Assembly (NCBI GenBank): GCA_021613535.1
Contig: CP075494.1
Location: 8,184,001 to 8,248,000 of the forward strand
Direction of reading: 5' to 3'
DNA length: 64,000 nucleotides
From: Adineta vaga
Lineage: Eukaryota > Animalia > Rotifera
Below the pieces are notes generated by a model. It worked only from the letters and a program-made list of their open reading frames with translations, was not told the DNA's origin and did not search any database. The position numbers and the translations under genes are program-made. Positions 53,262 to 64,000 of the stretch are shown here, in pieces (the first letter of the stretch is position 1; every line of letters begins with the position of its first letter).

Positions 53262-56200
53262 ATGATTGGCGCTCGTCGTCGGCAAGATTTAACAAATTCA
53301 AGTATTTGTTCTACATGCACTAGTAGTAGTAATCCACGATGGAGTGATATTTCAACTCGTTCATCATTTAACCCGACGATAGTATCACCACCAAGGCATA
53401 TTTTAAAATCTGTTCGTCGTTTTATCATTCCTTTAGTTCCACCAGCATGGACGCCTACTTCTCAAATTTTGCCAAAATCAGCTGCACTTCGTGATTACTG
53501 TTTACCACGTTCAGAACCTCGACCACCAAATGATGTACTTAATCGATCACCATTAAGTTCATGTTCACCGTCACTTGCCAAATTTAGTCGAACTAGTATT
53601 GGACAACATGTTTCAATTTCAACAAGTACAACAACACTTCCATCAACAATCAATACAAATAATTCATTGCATCCAGCAATGGCTTATCTTACAGTTAATG
53701 GTCTTAAAATACATCATCATCATCATCGACGTCGTACACGGTAAATCCATTCGATTATATGTAATTAGTTTCTTTGAGAAAAAAGTACTTGAAGCTTGTC
53801 TTTCTGTTTCCTGTAATTAGCATAATAAGTCTAATTTTTTGTATCTGTATTTCTGACAATTTGTAGCGTCTTCACTTAATTATATATTAACAGGCGATTA
53901 ACTTTGAGAATTTCTCAAAGAAATAATATCTAGATAGGTAGCATGTGTTGAACAATGAAAAGATTTTATTCGTAATATGATGTACTACTAATTAAGTTGA
54001 TAGATTGAATACGAGAAGATTAAGTTCACAGTAGTTTTACTAGTAATTGTTGATCTTTTCTTCTTCTATAAGATTATTTGAATTTAATTCAATACTAACT
54101 AAATTCACAATTATTGTTGTTCATTTCCTATGCTAATCATCTCATTGTTATAAGTTAATATACAGTTTTGATATTTATCATGTTGATTGTATGACTATTT
54201 TTTTTAACTACGAACATGTTTGAATGTTTATCTATACGATAAATTTAGCTTTGAAATAATCCAAGGTATTTTGTAAGACAATAGATATCAAATCTTGAGA
54301 ATTCTCCTTGAGAAAAAGCGATGTGTTTATGGCATTCCATTAGTTTTATTTTCTTTGTGTATGATAAGCATATGAGTTTTGTTTTCAACCTGATGTAAAA
54401 CATTTGTTTTGTCTTGATGTTGATTGCATGTCCATACTTGAAGGTTTTACTAGAGACATTAGATTTGATGTTATATACGATTTCTTACAGATAAATAATC
54501 ATTGAAAGACGATAGTTGACGATGAAACGTGAACAATACGTATGGAAAATATAAGAGAAGACGTCTGTTTCTTATCCTATCCTTTTTCGAAGTAATTATT
54601 TATTTATCTGAATATTTATTGATACAATAGATCATTTTTCATTGGAGAATTGTTTAGTTGTTTTCTCTAAATGGAAGAATATCGTCAATAGATTTCGTAG
54701 TAGCTATATTACAGCAAGAAATTTTCACAACGACAATCGTTCTGTTATTTGGGTACAAATTTTGAATCTTTCATATGAAATAAATGATTACATGTTCTTC
54801 TATTCATTTTATGAATATTTATTCACGATAAACATTAATTTTGTGCTACATTTATTTACGTCATCAGTTAGCGCAAGTTTTGATTTTAGTCTGAAATATT
54901 TCAAGCATCAAATGCACTTTTTCTTTTCTCAAAATACTTGAAAAATAATTGAGTGAAACATTATCAAATAGATCTTCTTACATTTCAAAAACATTTTATT
55001 TTCTTCTCGTAAATCAAGCATATCTCTGACGTCAATGTTATCTTATTAAATAGATATAAAGAAAAAATAAAAACTAATATTTTTCCTTTAAATATTATGA
55101 AAAAATTTCCAATTGTTCTTTTTTTTTGCGTACCTATGGAAGATTTATTCTATAAGGACATTTTCATTGATATTTTATTGAAATGGATCATAAAAATCTT
55201 TCGTATAAAAACGAATTACCATCATTGATGGTATTTTGTTGTTGGAATGAATATATAATTTCAGCCCGAGAGGTTAAATCTATCTTAAGTTTTTAATAAA
55301 CGTCAAATAAAGAAAATAATAATATCCTTCTTGTTAGAAGAATTTGTTCGAGAACAAAAAGACGATGATGAGTTGTTTGCCATCTCTCAAACAACAAATA
55401 TATATATTTTTTTGAATAGATACTTAGTAAGAGAGAAAAGTAGCTATGTCAACATTACGACAAGAAGAAATATAAATGAATCCATCATCGATCTCGAATG
55501 TTGATGAACATTTCTCGATGTTATTTGGAAAACTTACACTTAGAAAATAGCGACATACGAGAGAAAACAAGAAAAAAGAGTAAGAAACAACATTTACTAT
55601 GTTCTACCTCTAACTATTAGTAGTAATAACCTTTGAACAAACATCTTCATCTATATATCTATCCAATGATTTGAAAATCAATCATGGCTGCTGCTGCAAG
55701 TCGACGCCGATGGGCTCATATGAGAGTTCAAACTCGAAGGTATTTGTTTTCTTGCGTTTTTATTTTCGTTGATAGGAAAAAAAATCTTATTTATCAATAT
55801 GACAAAAATGATTGCTTGCAATCAAGATGATATACATGTTTTTCTAACTGAAATAACAAACTAAATGACATATTCTTGCTTTTAGTCAATAAAAGAAAAA
55901 CTCTTCGCATTCCTGTCTATACATCAATTAACTTTTTTTTTCTTCTCAGAGATACACTAGACACGCACTTCTATTACGAATCAAAAGCATTAGCTAGTAT
56001 ATCCTTCGAGAATAAAGTTTTCTATTTTTAATTAGAAAAGAAAAGAATCTTCAACAAGATAAGCAGAATTTGATTATCCTTTTACCTAGACTTGATTAAA
56101 AAAGTGGAATCTATTCGTTTAATTTTTTTCCTCACAGTTTTTGACGTCAATGATGTCGGAAATAATCATCATCTTAATGTTTCTTTCCTTTTATATTAGA

Positions 56201-59200
56201 TCACATTGATGCGTTATATTCATTTAGTTATTTTATTTTCAATACAATAATGATGCTTGAAGAAGAAAACATAGATTACTGCCTATGCTTTTATCTAAAA
56301 CCATTAACAAATTCGAAACGAATAGAAAGATAGTTCTTTTTTGTCTCAAAGGGGAAAACCTAATTTGCCTTTTCTTCACCATTTATTTTCGGTTATACAG
56401 AAAAAGAAAGTTGTTCTAATACAACTAATCGAGAAAATGTAAAGATAATGCTAGATATTAATCAAACTTATTCAAGTAGAAAAAAAATCACACATGATCA
56501 ACAGAGAACGACAGTAGATCAGTGATAAAACAAATTGAGAAGACGAAGATGAAGAAAAAAGAAATAGACACACATTCATATAAATCTGTAGGCGCAGGAA
56601 GTGTCGGCAGGCAGGCTGACAATCTTCATAGAACAATGAATAATGATGATGATTTATGTTGATTAGAATTCTATTATTATATTTCATTTTATTTATTATA
56701 ATCGAAACGGTTCGTATTTTCTCTTTCAACAAATTGGAATAGCAGGTGCGAAAAGATTTTAATCACAACATCTTTCAACAAGATATGCTCTCGTCTTTTG
56801 ACATAATATTGTCATTGAAAGTACGATAACAATATTATGAAAAAAAGAAAACGAGAAGGAACATAAAGTACCGACTCTCGCCCATATAAATTAGTAACAT
56901 CCGTTCTCTTAAATAACGTTTCTTACAAGTCGTTCTTCTTTTTTTGTCTTTCTTATTGTGCCTGTTTTCGCGTCTTTCGATGAAACATACTCGGCTTTGT
57001 TCTTTTCTCATTCTACCAAAAGAGTCTTTACGATCGATCTAAACACGACGTTCCTATTTTGTATTCACAAGATAGATCAAAGAATGCAATAGTGTGCAAA
57101 AAAAAGTTGTACGTGTTCTATTATTATTCCAAAACGTTTAGTGATTATAATTGTTTATAAGAAGAGAAAAGAAATACACAAACGGCAATATAGTCAATCT
57201 TTCTTCTCATGCCGTTAGGTGAAGATATCAAGCACGATTCTTCATCTGCATATCGTCATTTTCTTATTGTTCCAACATTTAATCCTGAACGTCGTCATTC
57301 ATGGGGAAATGTTGTCAATGATGATTCTATCAGGTGAGATTTTTTTCCTCTAATTTGTTAGTATTAAACTGATATTTAACATACTAATGAGAAAAGAAAA
57401 AGTCGAAGAACAGAAAAAGAAATCTAGACTAAAAGACAAAGACGAGAAAACGGCTCATGCTAGCATTGAATATATTTGCTAAAATGCTTTTATTTGTGTG
57501 TCTCATTAACACTTTCCTTCCGTCATTTGAATGTGAATATTTATATTTGTGATGGTTAAAAAGGAGAATTAACTTTTATTTCACTGTGATTACGATTCTT
57601 CTAATTATTATTATGAACTTCTATCGACATTGTCTTCCATTACCGTTATCTGAGCGACGTCATTCAATTGGTCCTACGCTTACTAACAAACGCACTAAGT
57701 GAGCAATATTTTCTTTTCCTATTTCTATCTTTTAAAAACAGGACACTCATTTTCATTTTTGCGCATACGGATATTTAACGTTATTTTCAACATTGTATGG
57801 TTATTTTCTATTCATTATTGTTGATTAAAAAACAACAAGAAGGAGTCGAGACAAAATGAAAGATACCTAGAAAATTCTACATGAATATTTTGCTAAATTA
57901 TAACTAAAAGATTGAAATTGTTTGCATATTTGACATCATAAATATCAATATTTTATTGATGATATTTTCATTAAAGTTAAGCAAGAAATTTGTATTGACA
58001 TCTATGAATACACATGAGATACTTTTCGTGATCAAGTGATAAGTTCTTCAGATCATATTGCATGCAACAGGAAACTTTATAATATTAACTTTGATGTATT
58101 TTGTAACATGATAATAAATGTCATTTTTTTTTCTTTTAAAAGTAAATCTTTGATTCTACAGAAAAGTTTCAAACAAAGAAAAATAATAAAATATTCATTC
58201 AATAAAATGATGTAGTTGAATAAAATATCAAGGATATCTTTTAAGCTTATTGCTTTTTGAATATAATAATAATAAAGAATGTCAGTAATTGTAATTTTTA
58301 TTCGAATTTCTTCAGTTAGAAATCCTTTTTTTTGTTTCTTTTTTTACCTGTTCTCATAAATCCATCATCATATGTGCATTGATCGGTGATTATCAAAAGA
58401 CTTGGAACTTCAAATGATGATTTATTATAGGTGAGTATAAGAAGAAGAAGAAGAAGAAAAAAGGAAAGAAATGTAAAAACGATTAGATTGCCCTTTTCTT
58501 GTGCCGATCTATACAAAAAGAAGAAAAAAAAGTTTTTTTATTATTTAGTACATTTTCGATTAGATGACTGGAAGATTCTTATCACCCGTTGCTATATTGT
58601 AAGTCATTTTTATACTGAAAAGAATATTGTTTCTTATTTCCAAATGAGATTTCATGTTAAGAGAAACAAAAAAGAAATGATGTCGTGCGGATCAAATAAC
58701 ATGATCATAAACGTTTACTCTCATATCCTATATATTATCTATTCCGGAAAGTTGTTTAATTGAGTAGAATTAAAGAATATGATTATCTATTTTTTATTTG
58801 AAAATTAGAAATATTAAGCTTTAGAATTAAGAATATAAAAATATTTGTACATGATATTTCTTTATAAATGTATTTAGATGAATAATTGTTTGTAATACGT
58901 TAATCAAGTAGTTGTCAGAAAACATCTGACAGAAAAATAAGAGAAAAATTATTTTTATCTTGAAAGACCAGGTGACAACGTTATTTCCTCTCTTCCTATT
59001 GTCCATTTTCATCATCTCTTAATACTATTGGTGTTGATCATTGGAGAGCAAACGAGCGAGACTCGTTTTCGTTCGACACACTGATTGACACACACATACA
59101 CAAGCTTATGTGTATAGAGAAATGTATGTCGCAATATAAAGAAGAAAAATGAGAGACGACCTTGAGTAAAGAACAGAGCAAGTAGATTCTTCTTTTTGCT

Positions 59201-61897
59201 GACATCCTCTCGTAGTTGAGTACGTTTAAAGCAATGACGACGTTTTCTGATATGTTGCTGTCTTTGCCTCATCATTATCGGTTCGATAGTTATAGTTACT
59301 AGAATAGCATTGATGAAAAAACTGTTGCACTAATAAATGAGCAAGAACGCAAAAATCGTTGTTGATGTTCGTTCGTTTGTCCTCATCGCTAAATACACAT
59401 GCATGCACACGTCTTTCCTTTTGCTACCGACACCGATACTTTATTTTATACGTTACATAGAGAGAAAAAAAAAGACAAGTAGGGAAAAGAAAAAGAAAAA
59501 AGAAAAGAAGAAGAAAACGGACGGCTAAATAAAAAAGGAAAAGAAGGCGGTCGTTGTACGTTCGTGTTGTTGTATTCGTCCGTTCTGTTTCTTGTCGCGC
59601 GCTTTCTTGTGGCGTTGCGCTGGGTGCCACGGCCACCAGGAGCATCGTCGTTGCTCTTCGTTTCTCGCATCATCATCATCATCAGCAACAGGCAGCAGCC
59701 ACAGCAGTAGTAGCAACAACAGTAGTAGCGGTTGAGAGTAAGAGAGAGAGAGAGAAAGAAACGCCTTCATCCGCGTGTATGCGTGTAGTTCGTCAACAAT
59801 AAACAACAACGTTCTCGTGTGTGTGCCGATTGTCGGTTCTTTATCGTTGTCGTTGTCGTCATTTACATATAGAAGTCAATCACGAGTGTCACCAATAGTC
59901 CCCCACCGCCGGTCATTTCGATCACAAGATCGTCATCATCGTCGGAAATCTTAGCAAATTCGATTCGACCATTTCTTGCTGACCGAAAACAAAAAGCTAT
60001 TAAAAAAGCACCACAATTGACTACCTCATCTTCTTCTAAAACTACCCGTTCCTTTCCATTTCGATGTTGCGGTCAGACGAAAGATTCTTCTCACGTCAAA
60101 TCGATCGAACAAACATCAACGATTGGTTATACACGTCGAAAAAGTTCCACGCCAAGTATTTCATCACGTCGTCCTTCAACCACAATTATTCGAAATCATC
60201 GAAAAACAACTACAAAAAGTTTAATAACATCATCATCATCAACAATAGCAACACTAACAAAATCAACGAAAAAACATCGACGACGTGGAGGAATGGCGTC
60301 AGCCTGCACCTCTTGCGTTTCATCAAATCATAACCGTCGACGAAGTTCAATAGCTCTTGATGAAATTACACAAACTCTTCCTACTACATCTTCTCAGTCT
60401 ACACCCTCTGTTTATCCTACTATCCCCTCACTTCCAACACCGCCGTTACTAACTCGTCTTGGACAGATTATATTAAGACGACGAATAACTGGAGGTACCA
60501 ATACTAATAATAATAGTACTATAGTCAATAGCAAAATCAGGTAAATAAAGTCTCTTTGTTTTAAGAAATATTTCATGATAAAAATGACTTCTATAAATTA
60601 TTAATTACAAGAGAATAATATTCACGTCAAAGTAATATTGAATATTATATAAAAATTCTTTCCTGTAAGTTATTTCCTTTTCATTCTTTTAAAATATTCT
60701 ACTTTTATAATAAGGAAGAAAATTCTAATATGTTTACAGATATTTCTCATCAAATTTTCTTTTCAATTAAATTTCTATTTCTATATCCAAAAGATGACAG
60801 CAGGTATATTTCGAGGCGTTTTCTTTCTCGTAATTGTATGTTTACGGATAACAGAAAAAGACATGTTCACTATTGAATAGATAGAGACGAAGAGAATAAA
60901 ATCATTTACTTTGTCCCAAAACAAGAATAATACGTCTCCAGAGAAGGGATAGTCCATGTAACACACACATACATGCACATTTTATGATAGTAATAATAGT
61001 ATTTCTCTTTTCCTTCCATGTCTTGGATTCTGTTTGACACAATTGTTTCGAATCCGATAATAACCAGCAGAAAAGCAAATTACATTAGTATTTCTTTCCA
61101 TAGATAGTTATATAACTTGTCATTCAAGTCTTTCAACTATTCAGATTTGCTTGTTAATACGAAGATAAAAATTTGAGACATTGTCTTACATTTTGTCAAC
61201 CATCACAATTAATAAATATATAAATAAACATTGCCATCAAGATTTCTATCAGTTGAAGTCGAGTTGCTTTTCTTCTTCTTCTTGTTCATCTTCATCTTCT
61301 TATTGTTGTTATTGTTGTTGTTTTTGTTCGCTCGATCGGTGAATGAACTTGTTAACTTGAAACTGGAAATGGTTGTCTATATGTAGTTGTAGTGAGACGA
61401 AGCGAGAGAATCCATTAGAATGATTGCCTTCGACAATAGTAAAGTTGAATGTTTCTCTCTGTTATTCTCTCGCATTCTGCATCTTCCTAACTTAGTTCTA
61501 GTGGTTATCAATAACTCCAGTTTGGGGAATTTTATGAATGCAAGCCAAAAAAAGAAGAAAAAAAACGAACGGAAAAACTATTGCTGTCTTCAGACAACAC
61601 ATCATCACTATTGTATCTAGTATAGTCTTTCTCTATCTCTCTTTATCTCTCTCTCTCCGTCTCTTCTATGTCGTTCCAACTACATAGGTCTTTTCTATCT
61701 TTTCTATAAGAACACTCTTTACTCCTCGTTCGGATGACTAAAAAAAGAAGAGAGAAACGTAGAGAGTCTCGATTTATTGTTGTTGTTGTCGTTCGTTCGT
61801 TGTTGACGGTCGACGTCGATTTCCGGACTCTTTCTTTTCACTCCTCCGTTTTCACTTTGGCATTATCATCACTATCATCATCATCGTTGGTAGCATC

Positions 61898-61931
<34 letters not shown>

Positions 61932-62896
61932 ATTCTTTCATGACGACTCTCACCGTCTATTTTGCATTCTCATCCCCGTCAACTTTACCATCATCATCAA
62001 GTTCACTTCAACAGTTTCGAACAATTTCAAATCGAACAAAAATAAAACCAAAACCAATACCATTAACAAATATGACATTACCATGTACATCATTAGCAAT
62101 GTCAACACCTCAAGCAAGACGAACATCATTGAAAAAAACGAAAACCTTTTTCGAAAGATTTAATCATATATCGCCTACAGCTATATTAGAACAACAACAA
62201 AACGAAACATCTCAACCATTGAGCGAACCACATACGCGTTTACGACGAAGATTTACATTTCGTCGTAGCTTACGACAAACTCATCAGAACAAAAAAGTAG
62301 ATATTGATGATAATATAAGGTTGGTTTGTCAGATTTCTTTTCTTTTTGCAAATATCTTTTACTTGTATACACATATATATCATCGATGTGATCAATGACT
62401 CCTTGTCATAGAATCATAGAAACAACTAGTTAAGTGTCAATCTCGAGATGTTTTCTTACACTTTTATACATATTAACGTCGCCTTGGAACTATACCGATC
62501 GAATAAACAATTTCCCAATGTCGATGTAAAGATTGTCTCAATGCGTCGTTTCTTTGTGCTTCTACTTAATGTATATATAAGTAGTTGTTTTTGTTGAAAG
62601 AAAAGAAAAGAAAACGAAAACGAAAAATAGAGTTTCACCTGCAGAAAAAGAACTCAGATCAGTTTGTATTTCTTTTACGTTTAGTTATTAATATTTTATT
62701 TCACGATGAATACTAATAATCGTCAGTATTTCTTTGATTTCAAATCTTCTCTACAACAAAGTCGACAAGTTCAGCTAATTGAAGACAAGTAAGAATGTTT
62801 TTCGAAGATTTCCTAATGCCTAAATGTCTTCCATATTGAATCAATTAGCACTAAAAGAAATATTCTTTCATACCGAGTATTCGACTAGATATGGAT

Positions 62897-62935
<39 letters not shown>

Positions 62936-64000
62936 TTTCCCTAAAGGAAAGAAAATTCATTAATACAAATATTTTCTTATATTAGAGAGACTGTCTTCAT
63001 ATCAAGAAGGTCATTTTATTCTGAAACAAATATGTCTTGCAAAGATAATGAATATTTTGTTTTTTCGATCGTTTTTCTTTTTCATAAAACGAAGAGGTGG
63101 TTATCGTCATATCCGGAAAATAGAATCTATTTTTAAGACAAGAAATACACATCATCAGTTGTAATTTATGTTCTTCATTGTTAATCATCTAATGATATAG
63201 GACGTGTGAAGATGATTTTTCATATCAGCGAATAATCATGTTATCAAAGATGCCGAAGAAAAAGAACTAGAAAATTCTTTTCGATGATAAGTCAACGAGA
63301 TATTTCATGTAATTTGATATCGAATCATTTTATCTGTTGACACGAGAAGAATAAATGAAGCGTGACTATCAATATATGCACATGCATATTTCATTTTTTG
63401 ATCATATTTGTCTCGTTTCGTTTCTTTTTTTTTTCTTTTTCTAATTCTTATTCGTCGTTATCATTAATTTAATCTAACGTCGCCATCCTTAGTACGTTTC
63501 ATTTTGTTGATTAAGTCAAAATGACACGTGTGTTTCCATATTCAAACATATATCTTTACCTGGAAGAAAACGCACGTGGAGCATCTTATTGACGTTTGAA
63601 CGAAAAAAAACAAAATGCCCAAAGTACAGTTGAGTGATGTTATATGATATTAATAGTAACGATAGTCGTGTGAATGTAAAACAAAAAATGATTATTACTC
63701 TCTTAACATGAATTTTTGTTTCTTTCTGAATAAAAATAATTATAGACATTTTTCTTTGATTTTCTCATTATAGTTTCGATGTGGATGGTCCAACATCACC
63801 ACGTGGTGTTCTCAGTTCTCATCATAATGTTTCAACAGCATCAGGACATTACCAACAGCATGGTTCAACAACTAAAACAACAACGACAGGCGGTGGTAGT
63901 GGAATGCATCGACGCGAATCATTTTTATACAAGTGTGATAGTGATAATGATCTTTCACCGAAATGTATTTCGCGTAATCCGTCCATCGGATCAGAATTGT
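53262..64000 (+). CDS. PDE4: cAMP-specific phosphodiesterase 4 (dunce-like), 5' part: alternative first exons plus the UCR1 exon (63774 to window edge)
   Basis: Exon at 63774 encodes [35 protein letters not shown], matching PDE4 UCR1 ([28 protein letters not shown]). Candidate first exons: 53262-53740, 55684-55739, 57209-57333, 57613-57698, 60293-60540, 61940-62319. The catalytic domain lies outside the window. Confidence 0.9.
62901..62933. repeat. (TAA)n microsatellite, about 11 units, intronic
   Basis: taataataat... run read directly. Confidence 0.9.

Noticed and set aside
58827-59809. Cluster of short ORFs on both strands, including poly-H/Q/A
   Set aside because: Simple-repeat, promoter-like sequence inside the PDE4 locus; no supported independent gene.

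Overview
Eukaryotic, very AT-rich, gene-dense window with many short (~50-70 bp) GT-AG introns. Composition, intron size and gene content suggest a bdelloid rotifer (inference). About 17 protein-coding genes can be reconstructed by hand-splicing: a DUF4062-NACHT (NWD-like) gene running off the left edge, a trypsin-like protease, casein kinase 1 alpha, a ~1,600-aa orphan, a single-HMG-box protein, a FoxN2/3-like factor, an ankyrin-TPR protein, an NMNAT-like nucleotidyltransferase, a membrane-anchored PHM-fold protein, RXR, a tandem pogo-like domesticated transposase, GPI, eIF3i, a Jade-like PZP protein, calsyntenin, an antistasin/lustrin-type secreted inhibitor, and the 5' part of PDE4 running off the right edge. 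Main findings: (1) a type-I membrane PHM-like pseudo-monooxygenase that appears to have lost all copper ligands; (2) an intron-containing gene built from two tandem, catalytically incomplete pogo/DDE_1 transposase modules; (3) six or seven alternative, all phase-2 first exons feeding PDE4 UCR1, one with a PDE4D3-like RRHSW motif; (4) a hidden intronic first exon giving an ectodomain-less calsyntenin; (5) several genes with intact frames but degenerate functional residues (NACHT Walker B, forkhead recognition helix, RXR AF-2). All family assignments come from motif recognition by eye; no searches were run.
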